A stretch of DNA of 64,000 bases. Origin: an uncultured virus (IMG/VR IMGVR_UViG_3300035497_000625) (taxonomy: Duplodnaviria; Heunggongvirae; Uroviricota; Caudoviricetes). A model generated the notes under the pieces. The model saw nothing but the letters and a program-made list of their open reading frames with translations. It was not told where the DNA came from and searched no databases. The stretch is taken from IMG/VR virus record IMGVR_UViG_3300035497_000625. One strand, 5' to 3'. A program made the position numbers and the translations under genes. Below, piece after piece: positions 1-10,806 of this stretch. The stretch's first letter is position 1. Each line of letters opens with the position of its first letter.

Positions 1-1617
1 TTTAACGTGACCAGCATTGATTTTATCGCCAGTGCTTAATGTGATAATCAAATCGCCATTTTCATCTACTTCTGCGTCCGTAACAGAAATACCATCTGTA
101 CCTGTCGCGCCAGCTTCTCCATCAACCCCATCTGAACCTTTTAAATTCTCAGTTACTATTGTTTGGAAAATATCGTTTTCTTTATAAGTAATTTTTAAGA
201 AATATCCAGCATCCTGAGTCTCATCGTTATAAACAATTTGACCAGTTGCATTAATATTATTAGGTGATGTAATAGTTAAATAATCATAATCAGTAGTCTC
301 ATATTCAAGTTGACGACTAGTAACAGCATCTACTGTATCTGTTTTAACTATTTGTCCATCTTTATAGAAATCGATTTGTAAATCAATAGAATCTGTAACA
401 TTACTGTTAGCAAACCACCAGCAAATAATATCAACGCTATCTCTACCAGTTAAATCAAATTTAGTAACGCTAGTATCATTATTATAATATGCTACATTAC
501 CAGGAGTCTCACTAGTAGCAATAGTCCAAGTCATAACGTGCTTAAAGACTTCAATTACTGGAGAGAATCCATCTTCACCATCTTCTCCGTCTTTACCATT
601 TTCACCAGCTACACCTTGTTCACCTTGATCTCCCTTTTCGCCTTTTAAATCGACATAAGAGTACTCAGTTTGTTCGGATGTTTTTACACCTAACTTAGTG
701 CCGTCCCATTGAAAATCAAGAGAAACACCATCAACACCATCAGTACCATTTGTACCGTCCTGACCATCTTGACCATTAGCTCCAGTTTCACCAGTATCGC
801 CTTTATCTCCCTTTAAACTATCGATAAAGTCTTGTTCACTACCAGTATTACCTAAATCTAACCAAATTCTATACGCCGATTTACCATCTTGACCATCTTG
901 ACCATCCGAGCCATTGGTGCCATCTGCACCATTTTCTCCCTGTAGGCCATCCGCACCCTTGGCATTACCCGCATCAATTGTCTTACCATTTGATAATGTT
1001 ACAATTAAATGACCATTGTCATCAATTTTTGCATCAGTAACAGATATACCATCTTCACCATCATTACCAGCTGGACCTTGCGCGCCGTCAACACCATTAG
1101 TACCATCTTTACCATTAGTACCATCAGCACCTTTTTCACCTTGAGGACCTTGTAGATCGACATAAGTGTAAGTTGTTTCACTTTCTTTCTTTATGCCTAA
1201 TTTAGTTCCGTCCCATGTATAATCTAAAGACTCACCATCTTGACCATCCGCGCCAGTTTTACCTTTTATATATAGTAAAAATTCATCTACAGAACCATCT
1301 GGATCTAGATTGTCTCGCCATATTTCATACGCCGACTGTCCATCTTTACCGTCAATACCATTAGTTCCATTAGTACCGTCTTTACCATCTTTACCGTCAC
1401 TACCAACTTTACCATCAGCACCATTTTGTACTTTAAAAGTACTAGTAGAACCATCTGTATAAACAATAGTATAAGTATCAGTCGCACCAGCTATTCCTGC
1501 AGTGCTGCCACCAGTACTAGAAGTAAAACTAATAGAATCAATCCCTCTGCCATCAGTACCAGATCCTCCACTTCCGTCTCCGCTTCCACCATGATATCCT
1601 AAAAATGGATGAAACAT
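1..1617 (-). CDS. Collagen-like (Gly-X-Y) tail fibre/virion appendage protein, 3'-truncated by the window edge
   Basis: Not in ORF track (runs off the end). AGGAGG RBS, ATG at 1617: MFHPFLGYHGGSGDGSGG..., then GADGKVGSDGKDGKDGTNG repeats between duplicated modules (SAYEIW/SAYRIW, DGTKLG..YVDL.G, GISVTDA...G.LI.TLS). Confidence 0.8.
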   Translation of the reverse strand, partial: MFHPFLGYHGGSGDGSGGSGTDGRGIDSISFTSSTGGSTAGIAGATDTYTIVYTDGSTSTFKVQNGADGKVGSDGKDGKDGTNGTNGIDGKDGQSAYEIWRDNLDPDGSVDEFLLYIKGKTGADGQDGESLDYTWDGTKLGIKKESETTYTYVDLQGPQGEKGADGTNGKDGTNGVDGAQGPAGNDGEDGISVTDAKIDDNGHLIVTLSNGKTIDAGNAKGADGLQGENGADGTNGSDGQDGQDGKSAYRIWLDLGNTGSEQDFIDSLKGDKGDTGETGANGQDGQDGTNGTDGVDGVSLDFQWDGTKLGVKTSEQTEYSYVDLKGEKGDQGEQGVAGENGKDGEDGEDGFSPVIEVFKHVMTWTIATSETPGNVAYYNNDTSVTKFDLTGRDSVDIICWWFANSNVTDSIDLQIDFYKDGQIVKTDTVDAVTSRQLEYETTDYDYLTITSPNNINATGQIVYNDETQDAGYFLKITYKENDIFQTIVTENLKGSDGVDGEAGATGTDGISVTDAEVDENGDLIITLSTGDKINAGHVK

Positions 1618-1635
1618 TCATATCCCTCCTTTTTA

Positions 1636-1926
1636 TTATATGATGTAATAAATATTTTGGTCTGAACAACCACGATCAAAATATAATTCTGTAATATTGA
1701 CATAACAATCCTTATCAAAAGGGGTTATAAAGTGACCACATTTAGGAACTACAAACTCTTCTCCATTTAGAGTAAATGGAGTTCCTACTGGTGCTTCAAA
1801 ACCAATGAAATGCACAATATGAGAAGGATATTTTAATTTGTGGTCTTTTTCCAAGTGTTCAAATATTAAATCAATTACATTCACACTTGGTTCACAACTT
1901 GCTGTAAACATTCTGTATGTTAGCAT
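1636..1926 (-). CDS. Hypothetical protein (96 aa)
   Basis: GAGGAG RBS, upstream TTGACT-17-TATAAT promoter, directly precedes the collagen-like gene. Confidence 0.7.
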   Translation of the reverse strand: MLTYRMFTASCEPSVNVIDLIFEHLEKDHKLKYPSHIVHFIGFEAPVGTPFTLNGEEFVVPKCGHFITPFDKDCYVNITELYFDRGCSDQNIYYII

Positions 1927-2104
1927 TTTATCATCTCCTCATCCTATATTTATATTATATAATAGAATAATAAAAAAGTCAATTATATTACAATTTTTAC
2001 CAGTGAATTTTTACTACTATCATTAGTAAAATTGGTATTATTTTCTATACCAATTGACTTTTTCTCTAGTCTATTATATAATATATTATAGTGAGGTGAT
2101 AATA

Positions 2105-3031
2105 GTGGATGAAACACTAAAAAATTTATATGCGTTAAATTTAGATTATGAAAGGGAAAAAGTCCCATACGCATCATATTGTAATTATAAATTAACTCTT
2201 TTAATTAATGATATAAAAACAAAAGCCCTCAATAAAAAGATCGTTCTTGATTATCAAGATAATCTTGAGAGCTTTTTAACTTTCTGTATTATAGATACTT
2301 TATCTCCATTCGTTAATAACGAAGTATATATATATGGAAAGACGTATCATACACACAAATATTTAAAAAAGAGAAACAAACACTATCGTAAAATTAAAGA
2401 CAAATCTATAAAGCGTGAAGATATATTTGTTGTATCCCCTTTTAATCCTATATGTTATGTACTTAATGAAAAGAAAACTTATAGTAAATTCATAGCTGAT
2501 TATTATCCTATTAAAGACATGACGCTTAAGATGATGAACTATATGTTAAAGTATTTTTATGCATCAAATAACTATAATTTCAACAATTCTCTCTTATGTC
2601 ATTTTAAAGATGATTTAACTATGACACAAGAAACACATCGTTGTTGTAGAGAAGATTTCTTAGATTATTATAAAAGAAATTGTTTTAATTTTAATAATAA
2701 TGATATTCATTATTCCACTCTAATTATAAACTGCCAAGATAAAGATGAAGATTATTTCCATAAATTAACTGATTTAATCAATAGAAAAGATGTTGTCGCT
2801 ATTTATTGCGGCGAAATATCTAATGATAATCAAAAATTAATGGGAACATATATAAAAAATAGTATTAATACCCCTAGATTAGATTTTAATTATTTTTATA
2901 ATTTTGATTATGAAGAGTCACAAAACCAATTGAAATCTTTGTTAACCAATGATATAATTTTTGATGGATTCGCAAATCAAGAGGAAAAAAGAGAGATCTT
3001 AGGAGGTCTATATGAAGATATTTGTAATTAA
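2105..3031 (+). CDS. Hypothetical protein
   Basis: Long ORF; GTG at 2105 follows GAGGTG RBS; the track start at 2054 is the TTG of the -35 box. Confidence 0.7.
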   Translation: MDETLKNLYALNLDYEREKVPYASYCNYKLTLLINDIKTKALNKKIVLDYQDNLESFLTFCIIDTLSPFVNNEVYIYGKTYHTHKYLKKRNKHYRKIKDKSIKREDIFVVSPFNPICYVLNEKKTYSKFIADYYPIKDMTLKMMNYMLKYFYASNNYNFNNSLLCHFKDDLTMTQETHRCCREDFLDYYKRNCFNFNNNDIHYSTLIINCQDKDEDYFHKLTDLINRKDVVAIYCGEISNDNQKLMGTYIKNSINTPRLDFNYFYNFDYEESQNQLKSLLTNDIIFDGFANQEEKREILGGLYEDICN

Positions 3032-3521
3032 TGGATATGCAACAGCAGGAAAAGACACATTTTGTTATTACGTTCAAGATTGTGCGAGACAAGATGGAGT
3101 AATAGATATTCACATCATGTCTACTATTGATAATATTAAACAATTAGCAATGGATATGTTAGGTTGGAATGGAGAAAAGAATGAAAAGAGTAGAAAAATG
3201 TTATGTAATCTAAAAAATTTATTAACTGAATGGAATGATTTACCATATCAAAATATTTCCAAAATGATTCATAATTTATATATTCAAGATGCAACAGCTC
3301 TTTTTATTCATTGTAGAGAACCTGAAGAAATACAACGTTTTGTTGATGATTTTAAAGCAGAAACAATTTTTATTGATAGAAAAACTGATACTAAATTTAA
3401 TAACGATGCAGATAAAAACGTAGAAAATTATTCATATGATTACATCATTGATAATAATCATACAAAAGAAGATCTATATTTCGCGGCGAAAGAATTTTAT
3501 AATAATCATATAAAAAATTAA
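3012..3521 (+). CDS. P-loop kinase, deoxynucleoside monophosphate kinase-like
   Basis: N-terminal Walker A INGYATAGKDT; HCREPEE resembles the D.R.P.E motif of phage dNMP kinases. Confidence 0.65.
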   Translation: MKIFVINGYATAGKDTFCYYVQDCARQDGVIDIHIMSTIDNIKQLAMDMLGWNGEKNEKSRKMLCNLKNLLTEWNDLPYQNISKMIHNLYIQDATALFIHCREPEEIQRFVDDFKAETIFIDRKTDTKFNNDADKNVENYSYDYIIDNNHTKEDLYFAAKEFYNNHIKN

Positions 3522-3595
3522 GTTGACTTTTTCCTTAAAACATGAGATAATAAGTCTATGATAAAAATCAAAAGGGAATTTGAAAGGAGAATTTT

Positions 3596-4075
3596 ATGAG
3601 TAAACATTATGTATGTTATTGTGATGGCGCGGCAACGATGGTTAAGCGTAATGGTGAATATCATAAAGGAGCGGGAGGTTATGGTGCTATCTTAATTGAT
3701 AGCGCCGATAATCAAATTATTTGTGAAAAATCAGAAGGAATGAAAGTAACTACTAATAATGAACAAGAATTATTAGGTATATTAAATGGAATAAAAATGT
3801 ATTTAGAAAGAAAACAAGACAATGACACGCTTTGCATCTGTTCTGATAGTGCTTATTCCATTAATTGTATAACTGTTTGGAGTAAAAAATGGAAAGCTAA
3901 TGGATGGAAAAAGAAAGGCGGCGAGATTAAAAATTTAGAATTGATTAAACAAATCTACGATTATTTCCTAGAATATGATATAACCTTTCAAAAAGTTAAA
4001 GGACATCAAGGAGTAAAATTTAATGAATATGTTGACCAATTAGCAGTGGCGGCGAAGAAATCTTTTCTCTATTGA
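3596..4075 (+). CDS. rnhA: Ribonuclease HI
   Basis: YCDGA, TTNNEQEL, SDSAY, W..NGW, KVKGHQG..FNE.VD.LA. Confidence 0.93.
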   Translation: MSKHYVCYCDGAATMVKRNGEYHKGAGGYGAILIDSADNQIICEKSEGMKVTTNNEQELLGILNGIKMYLERKQDNDTLCICSDSAYSINCITVWSKKWKANGWKKKGGEIKNLELIKQIYDYFLEYDITFQKVKGHQGVKFNEYVDQLAVAAKKSFLY

Positions 4076-4130
4076 TTTTTATTGAAAAGTAAGGTATAAT
4101 AGAATTATCAAATTTAAGGAGGATTTTTAT

Positions 4131-5276
4131 ATGGCAGATATAAAGATTTGTGAGAATATTATGATTGATGGATTTGATTTCGGTCAAATGGAAGCCATGA
4201 AGTATTATAGCATTAGTAAATCTTATAAAGGAAATAAAACTGAAAAGGCAAAATATATGACATTAAGTGGTGACTATATCGGCGCGAGAAAAATGGATGG
4301 AGTCTTTTCTTTAATTATTAAAGATATGGACGGAAATTTCTATATGAGAGGTCGTAATACTAATGTTAATGGAGATTATGCTGATAAGGTAGATTGGATA
4401 CCCCATATAATTGATGAACTAAAAGAGATTCCTAATGGTACTGCATTATTAGGTGAAATCTATTTTAAAGATGATGAGGGGTCTCGTAAGGTAACTACAA
4501 TTTTAGGTTGTTTACTAGAAAAAGCACTTCAACGTCAAGAGAAAGGTAAAAGGCTCCATTTCTATTGTTTTGATGTATTAGCATATGATGGGAAATCTTT
4601 GATTGAAACACCAATAGAAGTTAGAACTGGTCAATATTTAACAAAAATTTCTAGTAATGATTATATTGAAGTAGCAGAATATCTAGAAGGAGAAGATTTG
4701 TGGAATCTCTTTATTGATACTATTGCTATTGGCGGTGAAGGTATTGTTATAACTCAAAAAGATTGTCATTATCTTTGCGGCAAAAGAACTGCATGGAAAA
4801 CACTTAAACTTAAAAAAGAATTGGAAGATGGAATAGATTGTTTCTTAAGCGGACGATATAAAGAAGCAACTAAATTATACACAGGAAAAGATGTAGATAA
4901 CTGGCAACTATGGAGTTCTGAAAAGACTGGTGAAAAATTAGAAGGTAAGTATTATACTGACTATATGAATGGCAAACCAATAGTCCCTGTAACTAAAAAT
5001 TATTTCTATGGATGGGCTGGGTCTGTTGAATTAGCGGCGTATGATAAAGAAAATGATAGAATTATTCCTATTGGTTATGTTAGCGGCGTAACTGACGAGG
5101 TTAAGAAAGGAATCGTCCAAAATAATGAAGAGTGGAAATATAAATGTTGTGTTGCAACTTGTATGGAACTAGAACATATTGATGGAAACTTTTCTATGCG
5201 CCATCCTAGATTGGTACGTTTTAGAGATGACAAAAATTGGCAAGATTGTGACATTCGAGATATTTGGAAGGATTAA
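4131..5276 (+). CDS. lig: ATP-dependent DNA ligase
   Basis: RKMDG (motif I), LLGEIY, FDVL, EGIV, WKTLKLK, SMRHPRLVRFRDDK (motif VI). Confidence 0.9.
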   Translation: MADIKICENIMIDGFDFGQMEAMKYYSISKSYKGNKTEKAKYMTLSGDYIGARKMDGVFSLIIKDMDGNFYMRGRNTNVNGDYADKVDWIPHIIDELKEIPNGTALLGEIYFKDDEGSRKVTTILGCLLEKALQRQEKGKRLHFYCFDVLAYDGKSLIETPIEVRTGQYLTKISSNDYIEVAEYLEGEDLWNLFIDTIAIGGEGIVITQKDCHYLCGKRTAWKTLKLKKELEDGIDCFLSGRYKEATKLYTGKDVDNWQLWSSEKTGEKLEGKYYTDYMNGKPIVPVTKNYFYGWAGSVELAAYDKENDRIIPIGYVSGVTDEVKKGIVQNNEEWKYKCCVATCMELEHIDGNFSMRHPRLVRFRDDKNWQDCDIRDIWKD

Positions 5277-5369
5277 CTATTCCTATTGATTTTTTCACTT
5301 TGATAATTACATATATTGGTAGAGGAGTTTTAAACAGAACTCCTCATTTTTTATATAAGAGGTGATAAA

Positions 5370-6218
5370 ATGTTTCCTAAAAATTTAAAACCTATTCCTG
5401 GTAATTTGCCTCAGCCAACTCATATTAAAATTAAGCCGCAATGTTTCACTTGTAAACATTTCCAAATTTGCAATCTAAGAGACGATTATTTAAAAACTTG
5501 TTACTTAATTGAAAATGTACTAGGCAATCCCGCTCAAAGCTTTGAAATAGCAATGCAGCCACCTAGTCCTTTCCCTAATTATAAAGGAGAAATACTAAAT
5601 AATCAATTAGACGATACAACTTTAGTATTCCCTAATACAATTAAAAGTATAAGTGGACAAGATGGAGAATTTTTAGAAGCTAAATATGAGGACGAAAACA
5701 CAATTCACTTCCTTTATCGCTTTAAAAAGTGTTATTGTGTGATGTTTGATGCAACTTATAGTACTGATAAATGGGTTATATCAAAAGGAATAGAATCAAT
5801 TTATAAAGCTATATATGAAATTCAAACTGATGATATTGAAATAATTGAAGTCGGTTTAGCTTTATGGCGTGATAAATATTTAAGTGAAAAGCAGCCTAAT
5901 TGTGAATGTTGTAAGAAAGAACCTGATGTTATTAATACCACTTTCTTCTCTTCTGAAGTTAGATGTAATTTTTATGATTGGAATAAGAAACAATACAATG
6001 AAAGTATAGAGGATTTAATTAGGATCTATCCTAAAGGTGTTCCTCTTGGTCATCATGGATTTTTATATCATTTGGCAACATTCCATTGCGAACCTGATCA
6101 AGTTCCTTATTATCAAGATTGTGGATCAAATCCACCTTATTCTCCTTTACCATATCCTGCACCTCCTAAAAAGAGAAAAAAGTATATAACAAGAGATCAA
6201 ATTCAACATGAAGATTAA
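5370..6218 (+). CDS. Hypothetical Cys/His/Pro-rich protein
   Basis: 282-aa ORF with GAGGTG RBS; CFTCKHFQIC and CECC clusters. Confidence 0.7.
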   Translation: MFPKNLKPIPGNLPQPTHIKIKPQCFTCKHFQICNLRDDYLKTCYLIENVLGNPAQSFEIAMQPPSPFPNYKGEILNNQLDDTTLVFPNTIKSISGQDGEFLEAKYEDENTIHFLYRFKKCYCVMFDATYSTDKWVISKGIESIYKAIYEIQTDDIEIIEVGLALWRDKYLSEKQPNCECCKKEPDVINTTFFSSEVRCNFYDWNKKQYNESIEDLIRIYPKGVPLGHHGFLYHLATFHCEPDQVPYYQDCGSNPPYSPLPYPAPPKKRKKYITRDQIQHED

Positions 6219-6621
6219 TGAACCAAGTAAAGGAGAGCAGAAAATTATAAATATTTTACAACGACATAATATAAAATGCCGTAGAGAAGTTGAGTTTAGT
6301 GATTTAAAAGGTAGTCACGGCGCACCTCTACGTTTTGACATAGGAGTGTATAATAATCAAAATCAATTAATTTGTTTAATTGAGTACGATAGTGAAATTC
6401 ATTTTCAATTTGTTAAATTTTTCCATAAGACTATTACGAATTTTAACAAAAGAAAAGGATACGATAGAATTAAAAATCGATATTGTATTAGGAAAAATAT
6501 ACCTCTTATTAGAATCCCCTACTGGGATTTAGAAAATTTAACTTTTGAGCAAATTTTTAATAACCCAGCTTATAGAGTTAGATCAATTTATCATAATGAC
6601 TATTTAGGAGGTATAAAATAA
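6208..6621 (+). CDS. PD-(D/E)XK / Vsr-like (DUF559-type) endonuclease-fold protein
   Basis: SKGE..I, LRFD, IEYD..IH, D.IKN.YC....IPLIRIPYW. Confidence 0.7.
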   Translation: MKINEPSKGEQKIINILQRHNIKCRREVEFSDLKGSHGAPLRFDIGVYNNQNQLICLIEYDSEIHFQFVKFFHKTITNFNKRKGYDRIKNRYCIRKNIPLIRIPYWDLENLTFEQIFNNPAYRVRSIYHNDYLGGIK

Positions 6622-6998
6622 TGGGAGTTATAGAGATTTTATCAATTATCGGTGGCGTATGTGGTAGTATTATTACAATTTCTACTTGTGCAACTTTAAT
6701 TTTAAATAAACCAAAAACATGGATTAAAAATATAATTAAAGAAGTATTAAATGAGGAATCTTTTAATGATCAATTTAAAAATTTAGAGAATAAATTGGGA
6801 GATAATAAGGAAGCTTCTCTCGCGGCGCTACGTCATGAGATTGTAGAGATTTATGATGAATGGATTTCTAAAGGTTATTTACCAAAGAATGTTAAGAAAG
6901 ATTTAATAAGTCTTTATGATGCCTATCAAAAAAATGGTGGCAATTCTTTTGCAAAAGAACTGTATGATGAATTAGTACAATTAGAGACTAGAGAATAG
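6621..6998 (+). CDS. Holin-like membrane protein
   Basis: Single N-terminal TM segment, coiled coil, C-terminal LY.AY...GGNS motif typical of Firmicute phage holin-like proteins. Confidence 0.55.
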   Translation: MGVIEILSIIGGVCGSIITISTCATLILNKPKTWIKNIIKEVLNEESFNDQFKNLENKLGDNKEASLAALRHEIVEIYDEWISKGYLPKNVKKDLISLYDAYQKNGGNSFAKELYDELVQLETRE

Positions 6999-7082
6999 TA
7001 AAAGTTCAAGAGCATTTTGCTCTTGACTTTTTTTATAGAATGTTATATAATGATATTATCAAATCAAAAGGAGGAATTATAA

Positions 7083-9215
7083 ATGATACAAGTAAAAAAG
7101 GGAAATAAAGTAGAAGAGTATAATAAAGAAAGAATTAAAAGAGCTATAATTCAATCATATAATCAAATTACTTTGCCTGATTTTGATAAGGTTGATGAGG
7201 TTTTGAATGAGATTCAAGGCGAGATTTTAAATCAAGTGGAAGACAATGTGATTGATGTTAGTGCAATTGAGAATATCGTTATGTCAGTTTTGTATAAGAA
7301 ATTACCTGATGTTGCTAGAGAGTATTCTAGTTATAAAATGAATAAGGAAAGAATTTCAAAAAATCCAACTGAATTGGAAAAAGTTTTATATATGAATGAT
7401 GATGTTGCTCAAGAAAATGCTAATAAAAATGCAGAATTAGCACATATCAAAAATGCTTATCTTGCAGAAATTCCAAGTACAGAAGCAATGAGAAATGCGT
7501 TACCAGTAGAATGTCTAGATGCACATGATCGTAAAGTGGTATATTTCCACGATATGGCATATAGTTTCCGACCCCTTTTTAATTGCGAATTACTAAATTT
7601 AGAGGAAATATTAAAAGGTTGTGAAATTAATTCTACTTGGATCGAGCAGCCAAAAAGTTTTAGAACTGCTTGTACAGTTGCAACACAAGCACTTACTTAT
7701 GTTAGTGGAAATACTTATGGCGGCACAACAATTAATTTATTACATTTAGCAAAATATGTGGATGTAAGTAGGCAAAAAATTAGAAATAAATTTAAAAAAT
7801 ATAATCTTGATAATGAAACTTTTGAAAAATTAGTTAATGATGAATTGCTTAATGAAATTAAAGACGGATGTCAAACTTTACAATATCAATGTCAAACTTT
7901 ATGCTCCAGTGTTGGTCAAGCAGTATTTTTAACCATTTCTGTATATTTAAATGAAGACCCACAATATACTGATGACTTAATTTTAGTATTCAAAGAAATT
8001 TTAAATCAGAGAATTAAAGGTTTTAAAGATGCAAGTGGACATTATATTAATTCTAATTTTCCAAAAATTCTATATTTCTTAGATGAAGACACAATGCGTG
8101 GAGGGAAATATTATGATGTTACAAAACTTTGCGCTGAGTGTACAGCAAAAAGATTAGTACCTGATTATATGAGTGTCAAAAAACATTTAGAATTAAAAGG
8201 CATATGCACTCCAAGCATGGGTTGTCGCGCGCTTTTAAGCCCATACAAAGATGAAGATGGTAATTTTGTAACATGGGGACGCTTTAATTGCGGAGTTAAT
8301 ACACTTAATTTGCCTTATATTGCAATGGAAAACAATCCAAACCATTCAGAAGAAATAATGTTTAAAAATCTTGAACATTATTTAAATATTGCATATAGAG
8401 ATTTAGTTTGGAGAGTTGAGCACGTAGCCAAAATCAAAGCAAAAGTATGCCCTATTCTTTATCAATATGGCGGTGTAGCAAGATTACAACCAGAAGAAGA
8501 TCTATCTAAATTAGTATATGGAGGATATGCAACTGCAACAATTGGATATATTGGACTTTATGAAATGGTTTATTATATTACAGGAGAAAATCACTGGGAA
8601 GGAAAAGGTAAAGAACTTGCTCATAAAATTTTAGATTATATTAATACTGAAAATCAAAAGATGGGTGAAAGAATTAATGTTTCTATTGCATTGTATTCTA
8701 CTCCTAGTGAGACTTTAACTGATAAGGTTGCAAGAGCGTGTATAAAAGATTTCGGACAAATTGGAGACGGTACTCAAAGAACTTATATAACAAATGGTTA
8801 TCACATTCCTGTATTCCATCCTATTGATGCTTTTAGTAAATTAACTGAAGAAGCTCAATTTAGTGATAAAACTGCTGGTGGAAGTATTAGTTATGTTGAA
8901 TTGTGTAATTTATCTAATAATATAGATGTAGTATTAGAAATAATCGAACATATAGGTAATACTTGTTTATATGCAGAAATGAATAGCGAAGTTTCTCAAT
9001 GTGAAAATCCTGATTGCGGTTTTAGTGGATATGATTTTAAAAAGATAGTTGATGGTAGTACTATTCATTGGCAATGTCCTAAATGTGGAGAAATTGAACG
9101 AGTAAGAAGTAATTTTAGAGTATGTGGATATTTATCATCACTTAATCATTTAACAAGAGGAAGAGCACATGATGTTTTAGATAGGGTTAAACACGTTAAT
9201 ATAGAAAATGAATAA
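7083..9215 (+). CDS. nrdD: Anaerobic (class III) ribonucleoside-triphosphate reductase with N-terminal ATP cone
   Basis: ATP-cone start, ENANK, YFHD, SMGCR, GRFNCGV.TLNL, TPSE, C-terminal Cys pairs, glycyl-radical loop RVCGYL. Confidence 0.95.
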   Translation: MIQVKKGNKVEEYNKERIKRAIIQSYNQITLPDFDKVDEVLNEIQGEILNQVEDNVIDVSAIENIVMSVLYKKLPDVAREYSSYKMNKERISKNPTELEKVLYMNDDVAQENANKNAELAHIKNAYLAEIPSTEAMRNALPVECLDAHDRKVVYFHDMAYSFRPLFNCELLNLEEILKGCEINSTWIEQPKSFRTACTVATQALTYVSGNTYGGTTINLLHLAKYVDVSRQKIRNKFKKYNLDNETFEKLVNDELLNEIKDGCQTLQYQCQTLCSSVGQAVFLTISVYLNEDPQYTDDLILVFKEILNQRIKGFKDASGHYINSNFPKILYFLDEDTMRGGKYYDVTKLCAECTAKRLVPDYMSVKKHLELKGICTPSMGCRALLSPYKDEDGNFVTWGRFNCGVNTLNLPYIAMENNPNHSEEIMFKNLEHYLNIAYRDLVWRVEHVAKIKAKVCPILYQYGGVARLQPEEDLSKLVYGGYATATIGYIGLYEMVYYITGENHWEGKGKELAHKILDYINTENQKMGERINVSIALYSTPSETLTDKVARACIKDFGQIGDGTQRTYITNGYHIPVFHPIDAFSKLTEEAQFSDKTAGGSISYVELCNLSNNIDVVLEIIEHIGNTCLYAEMNSEVSQCENPDCGFSGYDFKKIVDGSTIHWQCPKCGEIERVRSNFRVCGYLSSLNHLTRGRAHDVLDRVKHVNIENE

Positions 9216-9316
9216 AATCCTAAAAGTCAAGTCCTATGGACTTGACTTTTTTTCCATTTTATAGTAAAATATTATTACCAATCAATAGATTGGATAATAT
9301 AATAGGAGGAATTTAA

Positions 9317-10279
9317 ATGACAAGAGACGAATTAAAAATGTTACAAGCACTTCCATTAGATGTTAAAATTGAAAAATCAAAAGTAAGAATAATGGAATGG
9401 GTAAAAGAATATGGTCAAGACGGTGTATACATTTCAACTTCGGGGGGGAAAGATAGTACGGTTCTAACTCACTTGGTTCGCAGTGTTTATCCTGATATAC
9501 CCGCTGTTTATATTGACACTGGATTAGAATGGCCCGAAAACAAAGCTAATGCAAAAAGTATTCCAAACATTACAATTTTAAGACCAAAAAAGAATTTTAG
9601 AGAAGTTATTCAAGAATATGGCTATCCACTTTTTACAAAAGGAGTATCACATATCTTTTACGCCGCGCGACAATCACATAAGAAAGGAGACTATGAACAA
9701 GAAGAACGTTATATTAAAGGCATTCGTACAAAGAAATCCACTGGTCTTGACTATGTATATTCTCCATTACCTAAATATGCGCTTGAATTATATAACAATT
9801 CAGACTACATGATCAATGATGCTTGTTGTACAATCATGAAGAAAGAACCAGCTAAAAGATATGAAAAAGAAACTGGCAGACATCCTTTTATTGGGACTTT
9901 AGCGGAAGAAAGTAAACAAAGACTTGAATCTTATTTAAGAGAAGGATGTAATAGTTTTAAAGCAGTAAGAAAAGTTAGCACACCATTAGGTTTTTGGACC
10001 AATAACGATATTTTAGAATATATACTACGATATGATCTACCTTTATCTAAATGCTATGGAGAAATTAAAAGAAATGAAAATGATCAATTATATTGTACAG
10101 AACGAAATCAAACAGGTTGTATATATTGTGGTTTTGGCGTACATAAAGAAAAATCACCAAATCGTTTTGAACTATTAAAACAATCTAATCCTAATATCTA
10201 TGACTATTGTATGAGAAAATGGGAACAAGGTGGACTTGGTATGGAAGAATTATTAACAGCAGCAAAAATTCCTCATTAA
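9317..10279 (+). CDS. PAPS reductase family (PP-loop) protein
   Basis: SGGKDS, DTGLE.PE, CC..MKKEP, TGCIYCGFG. Confidence 0.85.
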   Translation: MTRDELKMLQALPLDVKIEKSKVRIMEWVKEYGQDGVYISTSGGKDSTVLTHLVRSVYPDIPAVYIDTGLEWPENKANAKSIPNITILRPKKNFREVIQEYGYPLFTKGVSHIFYAARQSHKKGDYEQEERYIKGIRTKKSTGLDYVYSPLPKYALELYNNSDYMINDACCTIMKKEPAKRYEKETGRHPFIGTLAEESKQRLESYLREGCNSFKAVRKVSTPLGFWTNNDILEYILRYDLPLSKCYGEIKRNENDQLYCTERNQTGCIYCGFGVHKEKSPNRFELLKQSNPNIYDYCMRKWEQGGLGMEELLTAAKIPH

Positions 10280-10370
10280 TTAAAAGAAAATTAAGTCAAG
10301 TCATATCAGACTTGACTTTTTTTCTATCCTATAATATAATAATATTATCAAATCAAAAGGAGGTATATAA

Positions 10371-10742
10371 ATGAATTATCAATCAATATTAAAGTTATTT
10401 TTTCAATTATTAGAATCAAAATCTGATTTGCATATGGCTATTTACGTTGATTACTCTCATTATTCCAAAAACTTACAAAAATATACTTTAGATATAATGA
10501 AAAAAAATCATATTAACACACAACATATAAAAATAACTCAAAATTTTAATCAATTATTTTTTCATAATACAACGACAGATTCATTTTTACTTATTCAAAA
10601 AGCAGATTTTACATCAAGAGGACAAAAATTCAACATGGTTGCATATGATAATGATATTAATCAAGCAATATTAAAATTAATTTTAGTTCCACAGGCAATT
10701 ATTGGCAGTACACCAATTTATTTTCAAATGGAGGAATTTTAA
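10371..10742 (+). CDS. Hypothetical protein
   Basis: AGGAGG RBS and own promoter. Confidence 0.65.
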   Translation: MNYQSILKLFFQLLESKSDLHMAIYVDYSHYSKNLQKYTLDIMKKNHINTQHIKITQNFNQLFFHNTTTDSFLLIQKADFTSRGQKFNMVAYDNDINQAILKLILVPQAIIGSTPIYFQMEEF

Positions 10743-10806
10743 TTAAATTGATTTTTCTCTTAAACCATGATATAATAATTATAGAAATCAGAAAGGGGAT
10801 ATTTAA

